A stretch of 64,000 nt of DNA. Source: Adineta vaga (Eukaryota > Animalia > Rotifera). Numbering within the stretch: position 1 is the first letter of the stretch; each line of letters starts with the position of its first letter. The stretch is taken from contig CP075492.1 in NCBI GenBank assembly GCA_021613535.1, positions 5,084,001-5,148,000 of the forward strand, written 5' to 3'. The notes beneath the pieces are model-generated. The model saw only the letters and a list, made by a program, of their open reading frames with translations. It had not been told where the DNA came from and searched no databases. This document shows, piece by piece, positions 39,993-51,862 of the stretch. The translations under genes were made by a program, and so were the position numbers.

Positions 39993-41127
39993 TTAGTCAT
40001 TTATTTTGTCGGGAAACAGAAGTCTGGCATTATCACGATTGATTGATAGTAATAATTGATCATTCTTTTGGAAAAAAGCATCGAGATTTTTCGTTGTATC
40101 CATTGCTGTTGTTAATGGAGCATATGGTACATCACTGCCGAATAGAATTTTCGATGGATCAGCAAATGCAAGTAAGGCTTTTAATTGAGGAACACTGGAT
40201 GATAAAGCTGTGTCATAATAAAATGAACGAAAATCATCTAGAATTTGACGAGCATTACGTGGACATTGAAGAGATGGTATGTTGCTTGCCATTGTAATTC
40301 GTTGAGCAAGAAAAGGAAGAGTACCACCAGCATGTGAAAGAATAATTTTCACATCAGGAAATGTGGCACGAATTCCTGTAAGAACAAGATCACATACTGT
40401 TCGAGTTGTTTCTTGAGGATAATCAATTAATGGTTGGGGTAAATAACGATTAACGATGCTAGTAGGTGCTTCACTTGGATGAATAAAAACAACTGTTGAT
40501 ATTTCATTAAATTTAGTCCAAATTGATCGAAAGGATGGATGACCAAGATATTGATTTTGTCCATAACTGGTGTAAATTGTAAATCCATTAGGTTTAAGAA
40601 TTGAATAAGCATAATTGATTTCATCGATGGTTCCTTCAATATCAGTTAAAGGTGGAAGCGATGCAAAAAATCCGAATTGTTTTGAATTGTTCTTTACTAA
40701 ATCGGCCGAAAATTCATTCAATTGTCGTGCTAATAGTCGACCTTTTTGCTTATCGTGTTCATAAATCTTCGAACCAGGTGCTGTAACTGAGACGATAGCT
40801 GTCTCGATATTTAAAAGAGACATATGTTGTTTTGCTTGTTCAATGGACCATTTCGGAGTTGGCCATCCACTGGGATCACCACCAACATCTTTCACAGCTT
40901 CTGTATAGAAATCAGGAATAATATGATGGTGAGTATCAATACGACGAAAATTTTTATTCGTTACATAATCTTCAGTTCTTTCTGTGATATACAAAAGAAT
41001 TTCATTGTTCTTTTTGATGCAAAAAAATACACATGTACGTACCTCTCGATTGTGCGTTACTATAATGTCTAATTGAAATTATGAGTGAAATCAATGAACG
41101 TTGTAGAGAGAGTTTTAAACAAAGCAT
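39993..41127 (-). CDS. Amidohydrolase-2 family (aromatic-acid decarboxylase-like) with N-terminal presequence exon
   Basis: IDTHHH, VFIHP, LSHAGGTLP, YYDTALS, FGSDVPY; exon 1 41127-41043, intron 40982-41042, in frame. Confidence 0.88.
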
Positions 41128-41406
41128 TATTAGGAAAGACTCATTCTGACATTATAGTTTATGTATGAAAGTTAGATGAAATATCAATGGTGGTTATAAC
41201 AAACGAATGTTTAAATAATTCATAAATAAACAATATCAATTAGTGACATCTAGTGAGGAACGTCATCTAACTTAAACTATATCTAGTTATGTTTTCAAAA
41301 CTAATGAAAAAATATTTTTTTTCTCACGCCTCTACTTCCCTATATATATCTGATTACGAGTCTTTTTTCTCCTCTCCAAACATTCCTTTACCTTCAAGTT
41401 TTAACA

Positions 41407-42112
41407 ATGATGGCATCCTACAAAAATTCATCACAAATCAATGATATTTCATATATTATTCCTTCTTTCGAAACAGTTCATTCACGAATGATTAAATTCA
41501 TCCTTCTACTTCTATTTGATTTTATCAAAAAACCCACACTCCATCGTGCAGTACATAATCACACCCTCATCGCACTTGTCATTGTCAGTTTCTTTCAAAC
41601 CATATCCGATCTACCGATGACCTTAGACTATTTACGCATGGGTCAAGCATCATCTTCAATCTTTTGTTTATTGTGGAATTTCTTTGCACTTTCAAACTAT
41701 GCTGTGGGTGTTTGGATTATGACATGGGCGTCGTTTGAACGTCACCTACTAATCTTTCATGAACGTTTAACAATTACATCTCGTGGTAGAATTCTCTATC
41801 ATTACATACCATTATTAATTTCTTTTGCTCTTCCTTGGATCTATTATGTGATTCTGATTTTCTTCTACCCATGTACAAATACGTTCTATCCAACATTTCT
41901 CTTCTGTGGCTGGTGCTGTTATGCATACAATGATCAATTAGTGTTTTTTAATTGGATGATGTTTGGTGTTATTCCAACATGTTTGATCAGTTCGTTTGTT
42001 TGAGCACTCTACGAGAACTATGATCTGAAAGACAAACTCAAATTCATTCATCTAGACGTATAACGAAGAATTTGATCTAAAAACTCGACTCCGAAAAACA
42101 GCTAAAGTGTAA
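41407..42112 (+). pseudogene. Deleted duplicate of the GPCR at 55450-56460
   Basis: Near-identical to that gene but missing 39 bp in TM1 and ~240 bp covering TM5 end to TM7. Confidence 0.9.
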
Positions 42113-42138
42113 CGAAATAGCATACCAAGGAATATTAA

Positions 42139-42521
42139 GGTCTTCCCCCCCCCCTCAAAAATATTGAATTTTGTCGACAAAATGAAATCTCAGATAAACG
42201 TAAGTTAAATACTATATGGTTCGAGCATTGAAAATCAGTAGGATTTTGAGGTTCGGTCTTTCACAAAAACAGATTTTCTCCAAGAAATGTACTGTCATCA
42301 TCACATACCGATTTTTATTCGAAAAATAAGAGTTTTATATTCAGGATGTGGGTGGGTGGGTGTGGATCTCCCTCCTATATATTCACACCCACACCCTCAA
42401 TGTGTTTTTTCTTCTGAATCTATTATTTTGTTTTCGACAAAGATAAAACCCGTACTGTGATGAACCATAGTTTACCACAAATCCGAATATTTTCATTACT
42501 GCAGTATACTCTTATCAAACC
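42139..42521. mobile_element. TTAA-flanked non-autonomous element (GG...CC ends, Kolobok-like)
   Basis: TTAA|GG at 42135-42140 and CC|TTAA at 42520-42525; the paralogous 3' flank at ~56477-56500 looks like the empty site; imperfect internal inverted repeats. Confidence 0.55.
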
Positions 42522-43217
42522 TTAATATTTATCATTTGTTTCTGTTTCTTTAAGACAAGTGACGTTGCTTGAATATGTGTGAAACACGAACCAGATGGCG
42601 CGTGATAGAAAATATTTGAGAAACGAATTTATTTAGCTTGGCTTGAAATCTAACATGGACACGCTTCAGCCTTATTAATTGAAAACAATAGGAGGGTGAC
42701 GATTCTCATGAGATAATTTGTTTTTTCAACGTGCCATCGATTGAACTGTTTGCATAGTGGTCCATGAGATCGTTCAAAGATTGGCATTACTTATACAGAG
42801 AAATCGCGTGTGAAATTACTGAAGTCGGTTGCAAATTTAATTCACACGCGTGTGAAGCCAGTTTCACTCGAGAACGAAAGCATTCAGGTTATCATTCTGT
42901 GCAACGTCTTCTATTATCTATTTCGTTTTTTCTAAAAATATACATTAATTTACCTTCATCAAGCGTTTTTTCCTTGTGACTCTGTGTGCCTCACCACATA
43001 AGATGTTTACCGTTTAAATAAGCTTGATGCAAATGCTAGAATTTTTTTTATTTTCTGTTTACCTAAATAAATAACAAAGGAAACTTCACACAATTCTTAT
43101 CTTTAACTGTTTTTTTTTCGTTAGATAATAGCGAACGTGTCCATCACATATAAATAACTGTCTATTGTAACCACAAACCACTTTTGGCTAACAACTCTAG
43201 TGTATACTCGTTCTATC

Positions 43218-44336
43218 ATGTCGGCAGCTATCGTCAATAATCGATGCAATTTGTTCTTCGAACCGCCTCATGAACAAAAGTGTTCAGCATGTGATAATCC
43301 AATGGGAATCTTTACATGCCATGGATGTTCCAAGGTTTATTGTCAACAACATGCAGCACAACATCGAGAACCATTGAAAGATAAACTAGCATCTCTTATT
43401 GATGAAAATGAAAAATTAGACATCCATTTCGATAATGATGGGTATACTGGCGAACATAGAAGTTTAGAAAAAGCCATCAATGAATGGGAAGACAAATCTA
43501 TAGAGCAGATTAGACAAGCAGCAGCGGAGGCCAGAAAAAAATTATTCGATATCAGTAGCGGTTATGAAAACAATCCATTGAGAAAAATGAAGGATTGCCA
43601 CCAAGCTTTTACAGCTCGATTGGAAAGAGCTTATGTAAAAAACGACTATCATGAACAACATATATCATATTGGGCACAATTTCTTGAAGATTTACGACAA
43701 AACTACATTCGATTTCGATCAAATTTTGCTCGAATCGAATATTGTAGTAAAATATTCATTTCGAAAATTCTCGTTATTGGAATTCCAGTGGCACCTCGTT
43801 TTACAAAATGGTGCTCCTATCAAAAAGAGTTGGTTCCAACGATTGCTCTGAGACAATCGGAATACTTTCAAGACGACGGTTATTCGGGTTCATTAGTCAT
43901 GGGTCCCTGTGGTCAGACTACTACCATTATCCCAACATCTACACCCAGAATATCGAGCATTTATACATCGGTTGATTCTGACTATGTTCATGAACTCCAA
44001 ACAGGTGAATATCGATTTCGTCTCGATGAACGATGTCGATTCATTGGTATTATGACGAAAACTGCAAATCAAAAGAATGCACCATTAAATACTCCAAGTG
44101 TTTATGGTTGGTGTACAACAGAAGATGCTATCTATCGTGACGGTTATCGTCAATTGACTGCACCAAATGATCTTAATCCAGGTGATACACTTTCGCTTTA
44201 CATTTCAAGTGAACAACGATTGATTCGTCTCAAAAATTTAACAAGAAATCGAACACTTGAATTACCGATCGATTTAAATAAATGTGCATTACCATGGCAA
44301 TTGAAGATTGTTATTTCAACTGATTATTATCAATAA
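43218..44336 (+). CDS. B-box zinc finger, coiled-coil and SPRY-like domain protein
   Basis: CSAC..FTCHGCSKVYCQQHAAQHR; INEWEDKSIEQIRQAA; FIGIM, SVYGW, GDTLSL, LPWQL. Confidence 0.8.
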   Translation: MSAAIVNNRCNLFFEPPHEQKCSACDNPMGIFTCHGCSKVYCQQHAAQHREPLKDKLASLIDENEKLDIHFDNDGYTGEHRSLEKAINEWEDKSIEQIRQAAAEARKKLFDISSGYENNPLRKMKDCHQAFTARLERAYVKNDYHEQHISYWAQFLEDLRQNYIRFRSNFARIEYCSKIFISKILVIGIPVAPRFTKWCSYQKELVPTIALRQSEYFQDDGYSGSLVMGPCGQTTTIIPTSTPRISSIYTSVDSDYVHELQTGEYRFRLDERCRFIGIMTKTANQKNAPLNTPSVYGWCTTEDAIYRDGYRQLTAPNDLNPGDTLSLYISSEQRLIRLKNLTRNRTLELPIDLNKCALPWQLKIVISTDYYQ

Positions 44337-47300
44337 ACTTATTGCGTGTTTCATTTTCTTTTCATTCTTTTACTTTTAAATGCTATTTGATTATAACAAT
44401 CCTCATATACATGTCATGTTTTATAACTGATACGAATAATGTATCTAGTTCTTTTTTTTGTCGATTTTCTTTTATCAAATCAAAATAAATATCAGTAACA
44501 TACACGAAAACCTTATATTGAGTTTATTTCTTTTTGAATAATGAATATAGTTGATATTATTTGTATCATCATATAATCAATCTTCAAAAAGTTGTTCAAT
44601 CAAATTATTAAATGTTGAAGGATTGTATCGAATATATTTTTCTGGATGATGAGTGAAATTTTTCGATGCAAATTTTGTATAATATTTCGTAAACATATCT
44701 AATATGCTTTGCTTCAGTTCTGATCGTAATCGATCACGTAATTGAGAATCATCGATAACATAGGATTGATTCTGTCGACGAAATGTATCAATAGCTGTAT
44801 TGACCATTGAAAAATTACTCTTCAGTTGACTACGATCAGAATCTTTTAACTGTGAAAGAAAAAGAACTGTTTATGAAGAGAATTGAAATACATATTTATT
44901 TATTTACTTGATTATTTGGAAGATGATATAAGTCATCATAATGAAACATTTCTTGCATAGCAGTGATTATCGGCAAACAACTATACGAATAGAAAAGATC
45001 ATTGTTCGAACAGAAATTTCAAATATAATTATATACCATTTCATATAGATTTTGATACTTTTTTCAATGTAAGTTTCAATATTAGATTTTAGATTGGGAT
45101 GTATGAGTTCCATGATCGATAATAAAGATGAACTAAGAGATAGATAATTGAATACAAAAAAGAAAACATATTAGATGAAGATCGTATGTTTTTCATACCT
45201 TTCGATTCGTTTAAAAATATAAGTGGTATTATTGAGAAGAAATATTGCACGAATAACACTATCATCATATACAATAGATTCGGGTCTTTTTTCAAAAATA
45301 TTCCTACAAAGTATTCGATAAAGTTCACCTGAAATTGATGCCAATAGAAGAGACGTTAGAAATAAAAATAAGAACTCTACACTTACCCATATAAATACAC
45401 GATGGAACAATACTATTTTGATTCTTATGAACAGTAGTGATAATACTTTCATAGTTCAAATAATCTTCCATATAATCGAATACATGTACCGTTAATGAAT
45501 GTACTTGACAATTTGAACTTATTGGTGATGATTCATTTTGAATTTCATTCAGAACCAGACGAAGATATTCCATTAACTACAAAACAACCAATCATATAAA
45601 ATTCTATTTTATTTCAACTTCTTACTGAATTTTCAAAAAGTATTAAGAGTGTATTCGTGAATTGTTGTTGTGATAATGTTAGATCACTTTCCTATGAATA
45701 AACAGAATACTTTCTTTTCGTAATTTTTACGATCCTTTGCTAAGCATAAAAGTCATCTTACTTGATAAAACTGAGTAAGAAGTGGATTAGATCGATAAAA
45801 CCATCGAATAACAGAAATAAGAGAATAAAATGCAAATTTTCCATGATAGATTTTATTTGTTAATTCATTAATAGCTTTACAAAGTTGTTTTGCTTCTTCG
45901 TATAGATATGTCAATGGTATTTCGATTAATTTGTGAAGAATTATCGATTTGAATTCTGCTTCGAAAACATAGAACAGTAAGTCAACATCACGTAAAAGAA
46001 GAATAACGAATGCATCGAGTAAATATTTATATCGGTTGGCTTCTTGATCGTTGCTGAAACGTATCGATGAAGCGATGCCATCAACATTAATTGTATTCTC
46101 CTCTTCGTGAGGTTTTGGAGGTACTAATAATGAGTTTCTTCGTGATGATGTATCACGACTACCGAATACCGGTGAACGTGCTATACGATGTCCTAATCGA
46201 CTGAAAAAAAACAAACAGATTACTTCATGTAAGACATACCGAAATAATAATAAAAAAAAGCGAACATACATTAATTGTGTTTTCATATGTTCTCGTATCA
46301 TATCACCATTGAGAGAAGATCGAGATGAAGACAGACAAGGACTAGCAGTAAACAAGCTGATTGATGCACGACGGACAGATTTCTTTGCTAAATATTCTCC
46401 TAATCTTTAAGAAAATGAAAGATTCAATTAATAAAGATATATATATATATATATACAATTTTAGTGAACTGCAAATCATATTGCCTCTTTTAGTCGCATA
46501 TAGATTGATCAAACCTTGTTGATAACCGTGTTCTTTAAACCAATCGAAGATAATTCGAAATGTACTTAGACTCGATTCTAGAATAGAACAAAATCATCTC
46601 ACGTGATTTTATCGACTGAAATGCATTGAATCTTCCAATACCTTGCATTTCTTCAGGGTTTATAGGTTGATATATTGTCGATTTCGATAATTCAAGTAAA
46701 TCATCGGAATTCAGTGGAATACTGTGAAACATGATTAATTCATCACTTTCTTCGATCAGTTTCTTCAAACCAATATTATACAATTGTCCGGAACGTTTAT
46801 GCTGATCTTCATCATGTATTTGTTTGAAATATCGATGAGCATCATCTAAACGATCTAATTCAACAAGATAATCAACTAAATTAAGACTTGGTCCCGATGT
46901 TATCATCATCTGTATTTCATTGAATGCTTCATAATAACGACACACAGCTGTAATTGATGTTTTATCATCTTCAATGTCACAGACTAAACGACGTAAATCT
47001 TGATTGACTTCATTGATATGCAGAATAAATCTTAGTAAAATTCGAAGTTGTTCGTCATCATGATCAGACATTGTCATAAAATATATGATTTCGTTTAATG
47101 AATTGAATAAGAATATAAAATCACTCTTTCTGTTGCATATGAAAATGCAATGGCAACTTTTCTTTTTTTCTTTTTTTTCTTTTTTCTTTTATAAACAAAT
47201 TAAATAAATACACCGCAGTCTTGCGTATGAAAGATAGATAGGTGGATTTAAAGAATATAATAGACAGATTAGTTCCACAAACATGATTATAGCAGCACTT

Positions 47301-47368
47301 TTGTCGTTGTGTGTCATAAGTGTATGTTTAGATTTAGAAAAAAATCGTGAAAATGAAATGACATTCGT
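43535..47368 (-). repeat. Right arm of large inverted duplication
   Basis: Reverse complement of 6052-9439 plus the segments deleted from the left arm. Confidence 0.95.
44577..47077 (-). CDS. EXOC7: Exo70-like, multi-exon, copy 2
   Basis: Same exons as copy 1 with few substitutions. Confidence 0.8.
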
Positions 47369-48526
47369 TACTTTTTGAGGGTGTGGGTAATGGTGTGGAT
47401 GAGAAGGAATTTTCTTACAGCATGCAGGAAAAACAAAATAATTTTAATTTGCCCATATGGGATTTTCAATTGCCCTGAATTTCAATTTTCCCTGTAACAT
47501 ATATATATATATATATGCTTCACATATTATATGAAGAAATATGAATAATAACAAATGAAACTTAAATCAATGTAATATTAGTAAATTGATGATCTATTTG
47601 TAGTCATGAGCAAGAATCCGTGTTTGACGGATATTTCGGTAAGTTAAATATCTAAAGAACGATGTTATTGTAACTGGAACAATTGAGATTAAAAGAAGAA
47701 TATATAGTGATAGGTAAATAGTATATCCAGAATTGATAGATACACATGCATTACGATCATTCTAATTGACTATAATGACGACGACGAACATGCTTTGACG
47801 TTATTAAAAAGTGATTAGAACTATATTAATGAGAGAATATGTTCGTACTTTACACAAAAAATATTTCCATATTAGTGAGATTAATACAATATCCAAAATT
47901 TATAATACGAATAGTAACGTTTATATAAATATCTAGAAAACATTACAAATTGATCCAGTAGAAAAATAGAATGAACAAAGATTTATATGATAGATACGCA
48001 TACTTGAAACTATAAAAATATTCAAGCCATTACCAATAAGTTCCAAGATAATAATGAAAATATCAACATATATTGTCAATTGTTGGCTAATGTCTGACAA
48101 AGACATGATTTTGTACTATTATAAACAACTGTTGCTTATCAAAGATTAAAGAAGAACAGGAACGCGATATAATATCATAAATGTGCAAAGAAAAGAATCA
48201 AAGAATATGTTGCACGAAATACTATAATTTTATCAGAAAACAAGGTTGCGTTCTTAAACAGAAGAAAAACGAGTCAATTAAAAAATCTTTAATGAATTAT
48301 TTTTACGGTTATTACGTTATAGTTTAATGATAAAGGACGAAAAATAAAATGGAAGAAAAAGCAATTATAAAGCGAAATGAATTGTAATTGGGGATGTGGT
48401 TATGATGAAATCGCAATGGTGACTGTGAATATGTGTTGCTCACTCAAGTTTTCTTTGACAGACTCACATTAATTCATTCGGCTCTAGAAAGATTATCTCA
48501 AAGTAAATTTCATGTATCCATGTTTG

Positions 48527-51459
48527 TTACTTTTTAGTAAATCGATTTTTATTTTTGTTTTTAAATCGTGCTGATCTGTGTTTCTTTTCTTCAGCTGGAC
48601 CAGTATTGATACAAGAGAATACCCGGCAGAAGTTGCTTTTGAACGAATTAGTTTTTATACGTGTTTTTAGTAGCTTTTCATAATGTGAATGTGTCTTTGA
48701 ATACGTTTTCATTTTGGCATAGAACAAGCCAATGCTACTGAAGGAATTAGTCAGATTGAGACGATTTTGTGCAAGAATATCTTGACATATGTTCGATGAT
48801 AGTTTGAAACGCGAAAGTGCTCTGCAATAGCTTCCTATTTTGATCAATACTTGATTCAAGCTACCGTGCTGTAAGTTGACCAGCGAATAGTACGAACGAA
48901 GAGCTTTGAAGCGAGTGATAAGCGCTGTTCCCGAAATAATCATCGCTGTCGAATAGTTACAGATTTGTCTATATTTTGAAATGGAGACTTTTTGATAAGT
49001 CGGAGATGCAAACAAATGCGGAGAGCTATTACTTTTCCACAATTCTATCGATAATTCATTGGAATTCGTGGAATTTAAATGTTCTTGTGCCGTATTATAG
49101 ACATAATCGTATTTGGATGCATTCAGCGAGTATAAGTTCTGTGAGTAAATATCGATACGATCTTTCAAACTATTGTAAGAATTTATTTTTGATAGTAACT
49201 CATGTAAGTTTGTTGTCTTCTCTAGCTCGTCCATGTCGGGCATGGATGAGCAAAGTTGACGGCATTTCATCATTTCTTCCTCTCTATATGACTCTGTATG
49301 ATACGCGAAACATTTGTTATAATTGTTAACAAAAGTGAGATACACTATCCATAGTCGACTGTTGGAACGCTTTATTTTGTCTATGCGAAAATAACACGTA
49401 GAGAATCGAGACTGCAGCTAGCGCTTTTCGCAAATAAATATGCAACTTTTCGATTAGTGGAAATTGATAGAAACTCGTTCATCGATATAAGATTACCGAT
49501 ATTTGCTTTTAATATTTTATTAAGTGATGGGTAGGTAAATCCTTCTCTTGTACACCAGCATAATGATTCTGCATGTATATAATCAAATTGGAATCTAAGA
49601 AGCATACATGGGTACTCTTCTTCGTTATTAAAAGATCGATCGCATGGATCGACTAAATCTTGTTTAAATCTGTCTTTACATTGCACTGTATGCATCATGG
49701 TTTTACAAAGTTCTGTGAAGATACTTACGATTCCATTGAAAGAATATAAAATTGCATTTGATTGTAAAAGTATCGCAGCTCTTCCTTTGAACTGACATTT
49801 ATACTCCATAAAAGGAAAATCGATTAACAAATCACATTTATGAAACATCACGTCATCGTTATTAAGTGTTTGTATTTCAATCATTGACTTATATCTTTTC
49901 AACCAATTTAAACTGTGTTCATATACTTCACATGATTTCTGTTGAATTGTATAGGCATTCAAGACAGTTGTTGGTTTAAATAGATACAACATTTTCAGTG
50001 GTTTTTCATTAGGCTCGAAACAGTCTCTGATAACTATATATATATATATATATATATTAAAATAAACATGCAATAAGAATATAAGAGACTGTACGAGAAA
50101 ACTTTACTCACCAGTATCTAATACTTCAGCTTTTCGTTTGGTTCGACACTCTTGTGATTTGTGAAAAAAATTTGATGCTTTATAAACAGGCATAAAATCG
50201 GATAATCCGAAAGTATCCCATAATATAATATCATACTGACCGACTACTACACAAGCTAATCGGACAGTATTAGGTACATGATCCGACGAATGAAGCTTCT
50301 TGGCCTTAATTAAAGGAAGTGTATGGAATGCAGAGCCAGATATCAACTTGTAGTTTTGCAGTTTAGTTGACATTTTTAATGATAACCTAAGACGAAAATA
50401 ATTTAAAGTACAGAGTGATATTTTTGATCTTACTTGTATGTCCCATTTTTAGTCAATAATGATCGATTGATATTGAGACGAAGTGGATTACAACGTGTCC
50501 AGTTGGATTAATATTACCGTCGAAAAATCCACTTTGAGTATCTAGATACCATATCACCTTTTCATCAACAAAGCTTTCTGATACAATTGCGACTAGCAGT
50601 TTAATATGATCTAGTTGCGAAACTGTTGACGGTAGCTGAAAAATCAAAAGAATATTTGTCAAAAGATTCATTTTACATACAGGCTATCCTCGAAAATCTT
50701 CCTTTCCTGTATTTATATGGACAGTGTTTTTAAACATGATTAGAACCTAATTTTGTACAATACAGCTAATATACTTTGAAAAAAGATGTCTTACTTTAAT
50801 TTCCGGTAAGACACCAACATACTTTCCATCGCGTATTTTTTTAATACCATGTATAGGCATTACATAGCTGTCATGTATAATGTCTAAATTGCTCGTAACC
50901 GTACAAAAATCGACAAATTGTTGTTGCAACTGCTGATAAAGAATAACATCACGTACAAACATCACATGATGCGACCAGTAATCTTGATTTACATGTTCTA
51001 GCTGCGCGCTGATTGAAAGTGGCCGATTATCGCCGGAACATATATTAAAATCAATGCTTGGCGTGGCTGGCCTATGTTCTTCTGATACAGACATGCTGAG
51101 TGATACAAAATCATCATAATCTTGGAAAAACAAACAGAATACTACTCGATAAACAGAAGCAGTAAAAACCTACTAAACCGGGCAACGTTTTCCATCTCTG
51201 TTACATTTTGAAGTAAAACTCTCACATGAAGTTGTTTCTTGTGTGTTATCGGCAATATATGTCGAAGTTCTTCAACGTACTCATCATCGAAATCGATAAA
51301 TCTCTGATACCGTTGGTCATAAACTTCAAGTTCAAACGAATTTTCGTTAATTTCGAAGAATAACATAATAGATTCCATTATTTCTTTGAGCGACATCGAT
51401 GTATTAAGTAGTAGCACATCGGATTTATTTGAATATTCGACAGTTAGATTGTATTGCAT
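48527..51459 (-). CDS. Multi-exon gene: FxDFDxEY N-terminal domain, Rel-homology-like region and degenerate ART/TPR-like tail (tail probably decayed)
   Basis: Exon peptides FIDFDDEYV; GVLPEIK|LPSTV..LLVAIV; TVRLACVVVG..ILWDTFGLS; YPSLNKILK-ANIGNLISMNEFLSISTNRKVAYLFA (ART-like); stop at 49381 splits the tail. Confidence 0.55.
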
Positions 51460-51862
51460 TTTATACAAAGTAAGTTTATTTTCACTCTCAATATTTTCGT
51501 ACCTTAGCAGGAAAAATGAATAAGCATTATGTAGAGATGTCATATAATGGTTAGTTGTGTTTTATCGAGAAGAACAGCAAAAAAAAGGTGCTTTCACTTT
51601 TCCGACCACCGTTGACTTTTTTCAACCTCAGTCAACATCTTACAACCACTGTTGATTTTTTCCTACCTATATTGAAGTATCTCAACTCTATACTGTTTGT
51701 TACACACACCTGTGTTCTTTTTCATTCTATTGATTTTCTAATGTCTATGAATGTTTGCTTTGTATGTTTCTTTCTTTCGACCTATGTTGGAATTTTTCAA
51801 CCATAGAACTGTTATTTGAATTAAAAATAATAAATTTAAAAATCAGAATAAGATATTGAGGT

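Noticed and set aside
47415-47498. Possible tiny TACAG...CTGTA element
   Set aside because: Inverted match too short to support
46437-50057. (TA)n runs at ~6956, 46437, 47499, 50035
   Set aside because: Ordinary microsatellites, mostly intronic
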